This document shows, in pieces, positions 1 through 64,000 of a stretch of 64,000 bases of DNA. The stretch spans positions 67,208,001 through 67,272,000 of the forward strand of contig NC_042997.1 in NCBI RefSeq assembly GCF_006345805.1, given 5' to 3'. Source of the stretch: Octopus sinensis. Lineage: Eukaryota. Both the position numbers and the translations under genes were made by a program. The notes beneath the pieces were generated by a model that made no database searches, had not been told where the DNA came from, and saw nothing but the letters and a program-made list of their open reading frames with translations. Every line of letters begins with the position of its first letter. Position 1 is the first letter of the stretch.

Positions 1-2
1 TG

Positions 3-33
<31 letters not shown>

Positions 34-330
34 TGTGTGTGTGTGTGTTACATTAGATTTATTGTTACATTATATTTATGTGTGAATGTTAGATTAGATT
101 TATTCAGGACTAACAGAACTTGCTCGAAGATGCTTTCTGATTGCATTGGGGGGGGGGGGAGGACATTTTTCATATCATAATTGTCGTTATTTTACAAGTC
201 TCAATCTGTGTTTTCATTTTAAAGTTAAAATTTCTTATGTAAAGTTATACCACAAAGCGTATGTTATTTGCATATCACATTTCTGTAGATTTCCGTAGTG
301 GCAAGTGTGGTCTTTGTGTGGTCTTTGTTT

Positions 331-480
331 CAGCACACGATCTCAGATCAAGTCACTTGCTTTGCAAGTACATCACCTTAATATATATATATATATTACA
401 GAAATGTACTTGCTTAGCAAGTGACCTGATTTGAGATCGTGTGCTGGAACGAAAACAATTGCAGCGTGGAAGGTGTTTAT
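331..480. repeat. Inverted pair (43-bp arms) of a TA-associated interspersed repeat
   Basis: 331-373 is the reverse complement of 404-446 (about 4 mismatches) around (TA)n; the same family recurs at 22995-23114. Confidence 0.75.
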
Positions 481-912
481 ATATACTTATGTAGTGTCTT
501 GTTTTACTTAGCAAGCAACGAATTAAACATTTATTTGGAAATGAAATTTTTTATGCAGATATATTGAAATATTGTGAGTTTTCAAATTGTACTCTTTTGA
601 CTATAGAACTTTACATTCAAAATTTCTCCATCGGAATCTAACATTGAAATCAAAACACAGTCAAGAGTTGTAATGTTGATAAATTCTTCTCAGTACAGCG
701 AGAAAATATTTTCACGTGAAGTCAATAAGAGTGCACGATAAAACTAACATATTAACTAATTGGCCTAAAATGAAAGCGAAAGCTATAAAATCATAAAATG
801 TATTGAAGAATATAGAGGAAAATGACAACGAAAAATCAACTAGATACGCACATATACACATACAAGCGCTCAATCTCTTCCTCTCTCTCTCATTCTTTAT
901 CTCTCTCTCGCT

Positions 913-945
<33 letters not shown>

Positions 946-1249
946 AACACTCCACAAGCTTCACTAATTATACGGCCATTGACACGAACATCAAGAACTT
1001 AATAAAACGTATTCTAAAATACAGACATTACTTTAAATGAATACATCACAACCCCGCATAACAACCATGTTCATATTAAAAATTATAAAAACACAACAAA
1101 CTTAAAACAAACTGAAAAAATCCTGAAGGAATGGGTGGTTTCTGTTGGACAGTAAGCAATGCATGTAAAGATGCCCACAAGTAACCAGGACAGAACATCT
1201 GTCTTTCCACAGAACGTCTGTCTCTCTAACAAACACAGCCTTTCTCAGT

Positions 1250-1625
1250 ATAAGCAGTATAAATGCACGCGGCCTGGGGTTGCCTTGGAAACAGGGCCAC
1301 CGACTCAATGACCTTAAGTCACTAAGTTTAGATGTAGTGACTATCAGTGAAACCAGACTTTCCGATCGACGAGCTTTCATGCTCATTTCTGATGGATACT
1401 TATCACCATTTACTTATTTCTATGTCAACTGGGGATGGTGGGGGTAGAATTGCGGTGTTTGTTCTGAAAAGGTCTGGATCTCAAGATAAGGACTATTTTC
1501 CTGAACCCAGAAGGTAAGTATGTGGTCCTGGATGTGAGCTGTAGCAACGGAGGTGCCTTCAGACTAGTGGCTGTTTATGCTCCGAGAAGGGTAGAGCAAC
1601 CAGATTTCTTTAGATCTCTAAATAG
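1250..1625 (+). mobile_element. Tx1/L1-clade LINE, AP-endonuclease remnant
   Basis: Translates ISSINARGLG...DVVTISETRL...EGKYVVLDV...RLVAVYAP with stop/frameshift. Confidence 0.8.
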
Positions 1626-1847
1626 GCCTACTCTATGCATGCACCTGTAGATTGAAGGAGGACGATGTGAAAGGGCACTTGCCCTAGCGGTGGGAGCGAC
1701 CGTGGCTTTGTGGAGTCTTCACGTGTAGCTCTAGGAAGTCTCCTTCTTTTGGGATTTATTCGTTCTCATAATTTTATACTTTTTACAAGCTTTTTTTGTA
1801 ACCCAGCATTGTGTTTTCTTGTATCGTCCCCGATGGTTTTTGTGAAC

Positions 1848-1910
<63 letters not shown>

Positions 1911-1942
1911 CATTATTATTATTATTATTAATTATTATTATT

Positions 1943-2972
1943 CCTTCATCTGATCTCTTCATGTATAGGCGATCAGTGTCTGCACATAGATGAGAGGTTT
2001 CATGCATCGTTAGGAGCTCTCTTGCCTTCCTGTCCATCTCCTTTAGCTCCTCACTTCAGAATTCCAGCGCCATACCGAACTACTGCGACTGCGCGCGCAT
2101 TTATTGCCGAACTTGTGTTTCTGGCATTCAGCTTTAAAGCCAATATTTTTCTCACTCGTCGCAAGTACTCCCTTTTTGTCTTTTCCTCTTGTGGTGTTTG
2201 ATTCCATCTGCCGCAAGTATTTCCAGGTATTCATAGCTGGACTGAGGTTGGATTGCCTTCGTCATTTCAGACTCGGCAAACGTATGACTTCTGTCTTGGC
2301 AAGCTTTCCCCGTCTCATCACCATGAGTCCAAACTTCATCTTACTATCATAAGAGAAAACCCACACAGATTTGACTAGGCTATCCAGTTCTGGTTGTCCA
2401 TGAATATCAAGTGGTTTAGTTTTCCCTTACCTCTTCCTAGATCGTACCTCAACTTTGTTTTCTGAAGTATTTCACTCAAGAGGATCATTCCCACCTTGAA
2501 TATCAGTAGGGACACACTGTGTCCCTTCTCCTAGTACTTGCTTCCCTGCTGTCAATTCCGGTCTCCAGCATTTTATGCTATTCCATATTTGGCTTCTCAT
2601 ATTTACTCCTATTCCATACATTTCCATTGTTCTTATTATCCAGGAGTGTGGTATCTTATTGTATGCTTTGCGATAGTCAACCCATGCCTTGCTCAGGTTT
2701 TTATGTCTTCTCTTCCAGTTCCTGATAATTAGATTATCAATTAAAAGCTGATCCTTCGTTCCCCGGCTCTTTTTTTCAGCACTCTTTCTGTTCAATGAGT
2801 AGCAGCTCACTTTTTTCCAAGTATTTGTACAGTTCACCGGCCAAAGCAGCTAATTTCCATACTAGCGGAAGGCACATTATTGGTCTAAAGTTGGATGTAA
2901 CATTTTCCTTTTCAGGATCCTTGGCATATAACAATGTCTTTCCCTTTGTCATCCAACTGGGCACTGCGCCTT
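1943..2972 (-). mobile_element. R4/Dong-clade non-LTR element, reverse-transcriptase fragment
   Basis: KGKTLLYAKDP..NFRPIMCL, GTKDQLLID, WVDYRKAY..IPHSW, DRKARELLTMH..ADTDRLY motifs, frameshifted; flanked by (TTA)n at 1849-1942 and 2973-3108. Confidence 0.85.
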
Positions 2973-2984
2973 TTATTATTATTA

Positions 2985-3063
<79 letters not shown>

Positions 3064-3077
3064 TATTATTATTATTA

Positions 3078-3108
<31 letters not shown>

Positions 3109-3798
3109 GCCTTTGCACAGCTTCTAACGCTGGAGATGTACTACGGTGCCAGCTGTTCACTACCAGTGAACTAAGGTAACGCCCCTTATTTTTCAAGCAC
3201 CATCCGGAGTATTTGAGCGGTTCCAAGCAGTGCTGCTTTCTGGAAGTGCTCCACCCTTATTGCAGCCCCTATTTGTTCCATGTACTTCTCAAGATTTTTA
3301 CTCACTGTTTCCAGGGCTCCGACAATTATTGCTACTACTACCACCTTTTTCATCGACCACAACTGCTTAACCTCCCAAGCTAACCTGTCATATATATCAA
3401 CTTTTCTTTCTTTCTTATCGCATACCTTGTTGTCAGCTGGGCATGCTATATCTATGATCCAGCATAGTTTGCTTTCTTTCTCAATTAACACTATGACTGG
3501 CTTCCTATTCTTTATCTCATGGTCGCACTAAATCATAAAATCCCATATGTTTATGTTCGTACCACTTTTTTGCTCTGTCAAGTCCATACTTGTTGCAAAG
3601 TGTCCAATGGACAATCCTTGCTATATTGTCATTACGTCTCTTATATTCTTTTCCAGCTAGTGGCGTACATTGGCTGGTAATATGCCATACGTTTCACCAT
3701 CTTGTCCACAAATTTTGCACTTATCACTTTCTGGTGTGTTGTCTATTCTGTATTTGATATAATTCGCTCTTAATGCTTGCTCTTGGGCAGCACAGATT

Positions 3799-3804
<6 letters not shown>
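3109..3804 (-). mobile_element. R4/Dong-clade element 3' end (CCHC finger, REL endonuclease, 3' UTR)
   Basis: AAQEQAL, KCKICG..ET..HI...C, IIDIACPAD, QKAALLGTAQILR; 3' UTR runs into (TAA)n on the element strand. Confidence 0.88.
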
Positions 3805-3867
<63 letters not shown>

Positions 3868-4080
3868 GTTGTTGTTGTTGTTGTTGTTCTTCTTCTTCTT
3901 CTTCTTCTTCTTCTTCTTCTTTTCTTCTTCTTCTTCTTCTTCTTCTTCTTCTCCTTCTTCTTCTTCTCCTTCTTCTTTTTCTTATCACTATTTTGATTTT
4001 TCCAGTTTCAGCTAATGAGCTGTGGCCATGCTATTATTATTATTATTATTATTATTATATTATTATTATTATTATATTAT
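3805..4080. repeat. Compound trinucleotide microsatellite (TTA/GTT/CTT) with a short SINE fragment
   Basis: Direct reading. Confidence 0.9.
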
Positions 4081-4194
4081 TATAAAATACCTTAGGATGA
4101 GATCTGTACAATTTGCTTTTTTCTTATTTCTCAATATCTGCTAATCCTGAATATTTGTATTTTATTATTAGTATTATTTTTCATACCTGGATGA

Positions 4195-5280
4195 TTGTTG
4201 TACCGCTCGCAGGTTTATCTGTTTATTTGTGTCTCCGGCGCTTCCTTGGCAGTGAGTATATATGGTCGCCTTTAGTTAGACAGGATTTTCTCCAGATCCT
4301 CTTATTGACCCATCTACAGTCTTTGATCAAACTTAGGCTGAGAAAGTGCGCTTGGCACCTGGCGTATCATCCAGTGAATCAAAGCGATCGGTGAAAGTTC
4401 CACACTGGAGTTCTAGAAAGGATTAGTCGCGGGCAAGTGCGACAACTTTCTAGGAGAAACCTGTGGATGCCAGGAGAGATCAATTAGCTGGTCTTTTCCG
4501 GAGGACTTTCGGACTGTAACCAATGGATAATCTCCAGAAATCCTTGGCCTGGCGATGCTACCGGGGGCTTTGCCGGTTCGAGACAAGCTCTACAATTACG
4601 GAAGTGCTGTCAGACACACCTGTCCAAGGTATGCACAAAGCGATGAAACCGTTCTGCATGCCCTCGTCCAGTGTCCTGTCGTTGCTGACTTATAGATCTT
4701 TGTCGAACGGCTGTTGACAAATGTTTGACTGATCTGGTTATCAGCTAAGTCCATCGTGAGGATCGCTCCGTCACCTTCTTTAGGCCGGAAAAGCAAGTTT
4801 TTGTCTGTCTAGTGGTTATACAGAACGAGGTAGTGTTGTGGACGAGGTTGAAACGAATGAAGATACTTTCCTCTTCGGCCAAGCCTTCATCGACGTTTCA
4901 TGTTGCACTTGAAAAGAGAAGTGAGGATGGAAACAGAAGTGCTTCCCCCACCCCCAGTACTTTTGTTAAAAGGTGGGTCAATGTGGCGAGGATGGTCTGT
5001 GTTAAGAGGTTTATCTGAACATACACTTGTAGGCCAAAGGGGGCGAGGAGTAGAGAGGTGCCTTCCTGAGATGCCTTTGGCAGTCGGGATGACGTGACCA
5101 GGATGTGTGGGGTTCCTTTGATGGCCCTGAGTGAAAATCCTCCTTTTTGAGGAATTGTTTAAATTTTGATGCTAATTGTTATTGCTTTTATACACGTTTT
5201 TGTGCAAAGCTCTACTTGTCCTGTGTTTTGTATTTGTCCCTTTCTGTTTGTGTTCGGCCCTTGGACCAACAAAGAAAAGA
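4195..5280 (+). mobile_element. Tx1/L1-clade LINE 3' portion (zf-RVT region and 3' UTR)
   Basis: QKSLAWRCYRGALPVRDKL...CPR..SDETVLHALVQCP; ends in A-rich aacaaagaaaaga. Confidence 0.75.
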
Positions 5281-5439
5281 TAATTGTCATTAGTAGTAGT
5301 AGTATTGTTTTACTTCTTAGAGCGCTCGGTCTTGTTTGCTCTGGTAGATTCTATAGAACGGGCAGCAGCCTGATGTCAGAGGTTTCACAGGGTCTCTTTC
5401 CGCACATTATAAGCTTTGATACTTGGTTGTTGTTGTTGG

Positions 5440-5503
<64 letters not shown>

Positions 5504-5589
5504 CATTATTATTATTTACTTATGTGTTTGTATGAAACTGTTGATATATATGTATGTATGCATGTATGTATAAATATATATACATATAT

Positions 5590-5953
5590 ATACTCTTTAC
5601 TCTTTTACTTGTTTCAGTCATTTGACTGCGGCCATGCTGGAGCACCACCTTTTAGTACTTATTCTATCGGTCTCTTTTTGCCGAACCGCTAAGTGACGGG
5701 GACCTAAACACACCAGCATCGGTTGTCAAGCAATGCTAGGGGGACAAACACAGACACACAAACACACGCATACATATATATATACATATATACGACAGGC
5801 TTCTTTCAGTTTCCGTCTACCAAATCCACTCACAAGGCATTGGTCGGCCCGGGGCTATAGCAGAAGACACTTGCCCAAGATGCCACGCAGTGGGACTGAA
5901 CCCGCAACCGTGTGGTTGGTTAGCAAGCTACTTACCACACAGCCACTCCTGCA
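5590..5953 (-). mobile_element. tRNA-derived SINE family A
   Basis: Sense head GCAGGAGTGGCTGTGTGGTAAG (A box) ...GGTTCAGTCCC (B box), CTTGGGCAAGTG core, internal microsatellite, AAAAGAGT tail. Confidence 0.85.
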
Positions 5954-5976
5954 TATACATATATATATATATACAC

Positions 5977-6011
<35 letters not shown>

Positions 6012-6034
6012 TATGTACATACATACATATATAC

Positions 6035-6067
<33 letters not shown>

Positions 6068-6097
6068 ATATATACTATATATATATATACATATATA

Positions 6098-6145
<48 letters not shown>

Positions 6146-6149
<4 letters not shown>

Positions 6150-6862
6150 CTTACAAAATAGGGCAAAAGAAAAATTCTAATGCCAAATATGCCGAAAAAA
6201 AAGACAAAATTGTCAATAACCATTATAAATTATAATGATATTGACAATTTTGTCTTTTTTTTCGGCATATTTGGCATTATTTTTCTTTCGCCCTATTTTG
6301 TAAGTTATTTATAAATTTAACCTTTAAAGGTATTTTTTGATATGCTGGCCATTAATAATATTTTTTTTTCGAAAAATTTTTATCCTACATTAGTTGTAAA
6401 TTTAATAGTGTTCACTTCCGGATTCTCTCACTCTGTGAAAGTTTCTAGTTCGAATCACACGTGTCTCGAGATGTGCCGAAGATTTTCTATTTTGGATATA
6501 TTTGGGGTACTTAGGTCTGCTCAGGTCTTAGTGCTTGCTTTTTCCATGGGTATGAGTAAGTATTTCATTTATGTCGTACGTATTTATCGCTGAGGAGGGG
6601 AAAATTCTTATGAATTAACCCCGAAATTGGGACCAATACGGTAATAACGGATTTTTTAGAAATTTCTATCGGCTTGTTTCGAGAGGCATAAATTATAATG
6701 GTTATTGACAATTTTGTCTTTTTTTCCGGCATATTTGGCATTAGAATTTTTCTTTTGCCCTATTTTGTAAGTTATTTATAAATTTAACCTTTAAAGGTAT
6801 TTTTTGATATGCTGGCCATTGATAATATTTTTTTTTTTCGAAAATAATTTTATCCTACATAT
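6146..6862. repeat. Inverted plus partial-tandem repeat unit embedded in (TA)n (Penelope-like insertion geometry)
   Basis: 6146-6228 is the reverse complement of 6693-6775 and 6230-6306; 6230-6390 is directly repeated at 6693-6862. Confidence 0.7.
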
Positions 6863-6880
6863 ATATATTTCCTTTTCTAG

Positions 6881-57951
<51,071 letters not shown>

Positions 57952-58372
57952 GCAAGTACTTTTTTTTTACTTCATGACACAATTCTTTATATTTCATTTA
58001 TCTTACTTTCTTGCTTTGATACGAAACCAATTTTTCAAAAGAACATTATCGTCTCATTGGGAAATCTCAGAAGAGACAATTGTCTTTTTGAGGATCTCAA
58101 GTCGAACAATACTCTTTTCTTGATAAACTCAAAGAGAAGAGTACTATCTTTTGGGAAATATTAAATGTGACAGCACAGTGATATTAAGACGCCGGTGATA
58201 TTAAAATAAACAGTGCTGACTTCAAGGGGATGCAAAATAAAATGCACTATGTTCTTGAGAATTTTAAAATCAACAGTCGTCTCATAGGTGAACCAAAAGT
58301 GGACTATCTCCAATAGTATCTCAAAGTGAACAGTACTCATTTTGTCTGCCTACTCGAAGCATTTAATAATTG

Positions 58373-59186
58373 TTTTAAATTTTGGCATAAGGCCAGCAAT
58401 TTTAAGAGGTGGGCGAGTCGATTACATAGACCTCGTTATTTGACTGGTACTGTGTTATCAACCCAAAAGTATGGAAGGCAAAGTTGACCTGAGCAGGATT
58501 TGAACTCAGAACTTAAAGAGCCGGAAGAAATACCTATTTCTTTACTACCTACAAGGGGCTAAACACAGAGGGGACGAACAAGGACAGACAAACGGATTAA
58601 GTCGATTATATCGACCCCAGTGCGTAACTGGTACTTATTTAATCGACCCCGAAAGGATGAAAGGCAAAGTCGACCTCGGCAGAATTTGAACTCAGAACGT
58701 AACGGCAGACGAAATACGGCTACGCATTTCGCCCGGCGTGCTAACGATTCTGCCAGCTCGCCGCCCAAATAATAATCATTTTTTTTTTTTTTTTCAACTA
58801 TAAGCACAAGACTTGAAATTTTGAGGGGAGAGTGCTATTTTTAGACCCGCAGAAGAATGGAAGTTAAAGGTGACCTCGACTAGATTTGAACTCAGAATAT
58901 AAAGAGCCGGAAGAAATGCTGCTAAGAATTTTGTCCCACACACTAATGATTATATCAGCTCGCCGCCCAGATAATAATAATCTTTTCTACAAGGCCCGAA
59001 ATTTTGGGGGAGGAGGCCAGTCGATTAGATCGACCCCAGTACGCAACTGGTACTTAATTTAGCAACCTCGAATGGATAAAAGGTAAAGTCTACCTAGGCG
59101 GAATTTGAACTCAGAACATAGCGGCAGACGAAATACTGCTAATTATTTCGCCCGGCGTGCTAACGATTCTGCCAGCTCGCCGCCTT
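58373..59186 (-). mobile_element. Head-to-tail chain of four SINE-B copies
   Basis: Copies at about 58373-58533, 58534-58767, 58795-58968 and 58985-59186, separated by short TAA-like linkers. Confidence 0.85.
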
Positions 59187-59282
59187 AATAATAATAATGA
59201 TGATGATGATAACTTTTATATATAGGGAGTTAAAATCGAATATGGTAAAGCAGGCATATATTTTAACTGAATTTTCGTTATC

Positions 59283-62200
59283 GCGGATCTGCCTTATCCA
59301 ATATTGAGTGCAGATTTTCCATACCATGACTCATTATTGGTTGATGTGAGAAGACAGTGGCTTCTCGACGATGCCACCTCCTTATCAACTCTTACGAAGA
59401 ATTCTACTGTCGCTCCTGTAAGTCCCTCTTTCTTCGTTGCCGTTTCAGGGGGCCCGTATCACGCATTGCTTGCTTCTTTTCCAGAGCTTACTGACTGGTC
59501 GTTTAAACCAACCGAGCTTGTTCACTCAACGAGACATTTCATCTCCACGAAGGGACCTCATGTTTTTCCCGTCCTCGGCGGTTGGCACCGGACAAGCTTA
59601 ATGCTGATCGAACTGAATTTGAACATAGGCTCCAGCTTGGACTTATTCAACCATCCACGAACTCATGGGTGTCTCCTTTACACATGACAAAAAATGTACT
59701 GCAGACGTTCGACCGGTTGGTGATTTCAGACGCCGCAATGCTGTCACTACCCCTGATAGATATCTTTTACCTCATCTTCAGGATTTTTCATCTGCTTTAC
59801 ATGGATGCACCATTTTTTTTCCAAGATTGACCCAGTGGTGTGTGCATACTCTAAATACCAGTGGACCTGGCAGACCCGAGAACAGCCGTGGCCACTCCAT
59901 TTGGCTCGTTCGAGTTCTTATCCATGCCATTTGGACTGCGCAATGCCGCCAGCACTTTCCAGCGGTTTATTGATGAAGTCGTTCGTAGGATAGGTTTCGT
60001 TTTTGCTTACGTGGACGACATCCTCATAGCCAATGACACAGTTGAACATCATTATCAACACCTATCTCAGTTGTTCCAGCGTCTCTGGTCGTACAATATC
60101 AAGGTCAACCCTGCAAAGTGTGTTTTTGGTACAACTTCTTTGGAGTTCCTAGGACATCTTATGACAAAGGAATTCGGCCTCTGCCGACGAAGGTAGAAGC
60201 GATTCAGCAACTTTCACCCCAGCCTCATTGAAACAGTTACGTCATTTCCTAGGGTTGATCAACTCCTGTCGTTGCTTCATTCCTAACTGTGCGGACAAGT
60301 TGTTTCCCTTCACTCAGATTTTGAAGGACAAGAAAAAGAAAGATTCTCCTATTTCTCTTTCTTCTGGCGCTTTGCAGTCTTTTGAATTCCGTCAAATCTC
60401 ATCTTGTTCAAGTTTCTTTGCTCGCTCATCCTATAGCGAACGCAGAACTATATTTAACTGTTGATGCCTCTCAAAATGTGCCGTTCGCGCTGTATTGCAA
60501 CAGACGATCAACAACCAGACTCAGCCACTAGTGTTTTTCCCATCCAACTGAAACTAGCCGAACAACAGTATAGCACTTTCGATAGAGAGTTGTTAGCTGT
60601 TTATCTTGCTGTGAGGCAAGGAGTTCACGATATTCACGGACGTGAAAGTCGAGAGTTCACGATATTCACGGACCATAAATCGCTCCCGTTCGCTCTACAA
60701 TCTAAGTCGGAGAATTACTCACCGAGGGCATACAGACACTTGGACTTCATTTCTCACTTCACCAATGACATACCAATATACCTGCTGATGTTTTGTCTTG
60801 GCTTCCTCTGTGTTCCTTTTCGTCTCCTGCAACAATTCATCTGGTTACCATTGCTTCAGACCAGCCTTTCTTGAATTCGCTCGATATTTCTTCTGCTAAG
60901 TTTTCCTGCTGCAAGTTTGAGTACCTTCCACTTCCGTCGGCTGAGGAGAACATCCTCTGCAGATTTTCCACTGGTTCACCCAGACCGCTCGTTTCTGATC
61001 ATCATCGTCGCACCATCTTCGATGTTCTGCATTCGTTGTCACATCCAGGCATTGCTGGCACGGTGAAGCTTATCACGGCCCGATTCTTCTGGCCTGATAT
61101 GCGTCGTACAATCACCGCTTGGGTGCGTTCTTGCTTGCAGTGTCAGCGTTCCAAGGTGCATAGGCACGTCCGTGCTCCATTGGGATAATTCAGTCCGCCG
61201 GACACTCGCTTCCGACACGTCCATATTGATCTCGTTGGTCCTTGGCCAATCAGTTCCGGTTTCACGTACATTTTGACCTGTATCGATCGGTTCTCCCGAT
61301 GGGCAGAGGCCATGCCTCTGGTAGATATTACTGCCGAGTCTGTGGCTAGAGATCGCATCTCAGGTCGGCTTGCTCGCTATGGCTTCCCCTCCAGGATCAC
61401 CACTGATCGTGGATACCATTTCGAAGCCTCCCTTTACTGCGAACTGTCATAACTACTGGGTGTACAATGCATTCATACAATAATTACCACTATGCCTCGA
61501 ATGGGATGGGGGAAAGATTGCATAGGCAAATAAAGGCTGCACTTCGCGTTACTCCAAATCCACAACGATGGACCTAATTTCTCCCTATCGTTCTCCTAAG
61601 TTGCCGGTCTGTTGTTAAGGCGGATTTGGGCTACTCCTCAGCCGAACAACTTTGGTGCTTTCTGATCAAACGTTGGCACCAGTCGACTCACTGCATCCGA
61701 ATCCTGCATTGTACATCACCAGACTTTGTTCTTACTTCTCGTTTCTGCCACCCATGGCACCACGTGACCAGTCTATTTATTCTGCTGTTCTAGCGGATAT
61801 CTCTACATGGCATGGACACGTTTTTTTTGCGAAAAGATGCTGTGAAAGGACCCTTTACACCGCCCTACTCAGGCCCTTTCCGTGTGCTTTCAAACACACC
61901 AAAACTTTTCACCGTGGACATTAACGGTCGGAAAGAGACTGTATCTATTGACAGAGTAAAGAAGGCTTCCTCTGAAAGTATTAGTTCTACTACCTGACAC
62001 ACCTGTCACACTCAACAACAACTTCACATCAGCCCCAAACATCTTTACATGCTTGCAAACAACATTCGCAAACATCACATTCCACTCCACCTTATGTCAC
62101 ACGATGTGGTAGAACAGTAACTTGCCCACATAAACTGTCCAAAACTATCTATATTTAATCACCTTTTCGAATTTACATAAACTGTGTCTGTCGATGCACC

Positions 62201-62516
62201 ACCTGTTTTGAACAAACTGTACAGTTTAACAAACTGTACAGTTTAACAAACTGTTTTGCTGCATTTTCTCTTTGCATATTTTATTACAAGTATTTCGTAT
62301 GTTTTATGCGTTTGCTTTTACATGTTTCTGTTATTTTATACGCATAATCTTGGGTTTGCATGCATTGTTTACATATTGCCATCTTCCATGATTTATCCCT
62401 TTTCCACGCTCTTCGTGTCTCTGTTCTTCCTTGTGTAACACGGGCAACCACATTGCCTACAGTTTAACTCTTTGCCTGCTTGACCTTTTTATTCCTTTCG
62501 GCCCGCAGGAGGGTAA
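59283..62516 (+). mobile_element. Ty3/Gypsy LTR retrotransposon pol pseudogene (protease end-RT-RNaseH-integrase), 5' LTR and gag missing
   Basis: MPFGLRNAASTFQR, YVDD at 60008-60019, YSTFDRELLA, FTDHK, HH-CC finger, HIDLVGP, TTDRG, GPF; many frameshifts; PPT aggagggtaa before the LTR. Confidence 0.95.
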
Positions 62517-63145
62517 TGTAGGCAACACTTTTTGAAACAGGTTTGTAGTCCGCAAAATATTCGTTGGGAGTCAGCTACAGTTATCTCCCCTGTCGAATGT
62601 TCTAGAACATTCAATGCAAACATTGGCTAGCTCCCCCTTTGCTAGCATACAGGGCGTAACTGCTAAACCACACACAGGAAGGCGTTAGAAGCAATATCGC
62701 CTACTTAAGAGCGAATTCCAAATGAATTCCTCTCTTGCGACGAGGTCAACATCAGAAAGAGAGCTAGGTACACGGATTCGATATTCATTCCTACCAGCAA
62801 CTCGCTATGGTATCCTACGCCTAGTACCTATTTGAAAATAATTTTTATAGTTTGAATTCCTCCTATTTTCTCACTGTCATCGTGGAATATGGTAAGATGT
62901 TCAGAACCTTTTACTTCAATCCCAGATAACTTTATTGAACATTGTGTACTCACTGTGTGAATTAGTTTGTTATGCATCTGAATAAAGCCTTAGATACGAA
63001 GTTGTTCACGCACGGATACAAGTGTTGTTGTTACTTACTGCATCAGAGGCATTTCACAGTCAGTCTAGTCATTAAAGTGTTGATAACTTCATTAGCGACT
63101 TACTTCGCAAAACTGTCAAAGACTAACTATAACTTTGTTACCACA
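62517..63145 (+). mobile_element. 3' LTR of the Gypsy element
   Basis: Starts TGTAGGCAAC immediately after the PPT; AATAAA at 62981; ends gttaccaCA. The right end is inferred. Confidence 0.65.
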
Positions 63146-63789
63146 TCGTGTCTCTGACATCTCGACACATCGAATCTGTTTCATGTCTTTATGTGCAACA
63201 ACACACGCCTTCTAACAAGACAGCTTTCGTATTTAGCATTGAAGAAATGATCGTGCACCGATTTCACTGCTAACACGTCAGTCACGATGCCTTTTCTAAT
63301 CTGATTCCAAGCCAGGCGCATTTAGAGAACCCATTTAGTATGGCCTTTGTTGAGCAGAGAAAACGTACGAGAAGTCGTATATTTTGGTCTCGAAGAGGGG
63401 ATACTCGAATTTTCTTGATTAGAATGACCTTGAAAAGCCACTCCTAGAACGTTGTTGTCTACTCTGTTACAGAAAATTTCCACGTCTCTTGAAAAATGTT
63501 TAAGGGTCGTGTATACTTCTGATAACGCTTTCAGTAGGAGTATGCTGGTATTTTAGGGCAAAACTTCCTTGAGCCCTCTCGTTTTATTTGTATTTTTCCT
63601 TTTTGTTATATATTCCACCAACTCATTTGTATTTATACCAGTAACGTTGCGAAGTAGAGTTTTTTTGTGTGTGCTTGTTCGGTTGTTGGTATTGCTTGAC
63701 AGGCATTTTGTTTTTTAACTCCGAGAGGTTGAAAGTAAAGTTAACGCGAGATTTGAACCCAGAAGGTAAAGAATAGCGCTGGTTAATAA

Positions 63790-63998
63790 TATCGGTTTCA
63801 AATTTTGGCACAAGGCCAGCAGGTTTTGGGGAGGGGTTGCATCGACCCCAGAGTTCAACTGGTCCTTATTTCATAAAGCCTGAAGGGATGAAAGGCAAAG
63901 TCGACCTCGACAGAATTTGAACTTAGAACATAGGGATGGACGAAATGCCGCTAAGCATTTTGCCCGGCGCGTTAACGATTCTGCCAACTCGCCGCCTT
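63790..63998 (-). mobile_element. SINE family B variant
   Basis: Family B head ends at the window edge. Confidence 0.85.
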
Positions 63999-64000
63999 CG

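Noticed and set aside
1-6880. Search for TM1 and ectodomain exons
   Set aside because: No phase-compatible candidate; 6490-6560 (FYFGYIWG) has a stop and the wrong phase.
57952-64000. Search for the next receptor exon (GxxVAxxxCFxNxEV)
   Set aside because: No matching exon found; presumably downstream of the window.

Overview
AT-rich, microsatellite-dense eukaryotic genomic DNA. The repeat landscape resembles an octopus genome; this is an inference, not proven. The only host gene I can support is the middle of a + strand class B1 (secretin-family) GPCR of the calcitonin/CGRP/DH31-receptor type. Six short exons (6881-7007, 19087-19240, 20202-20265, 53555-53618, 55513-55598, 57816-57951; 631 nt) splice in frame to give TM2 through the first half of TM7. 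Introns are 12.1, 1.0, 33.3, 1.9 and 2.2 kb, followed by a GC-AG intron. The ectodomain, TM1 and C-terminal exons lie outside the window. The rest is intronic: three tRNA-derived SINE families; decayed Tx1/L1, RTE, R4/Dong, HERO-like and Penelope retroelements; a Gypsy pol with its 3' LTR; a Helitron helicase remnant; maT, pogo/Tc2 and hAT DNA elements; and very long microsatellites that generate most of the ORF track. I found no clearly new multi-gene system. The best leads are a ~537-bp near-perfect intronic inverted repeat next to a candidate in-frame ECL1 micro-exon, a sense-strand minimal hammerhead motif, loss of conserved receptor residues (T6.42b to I, N5.50b to S), the GC donor, and multi-family Dong-like pile-ups in TAA tracts.
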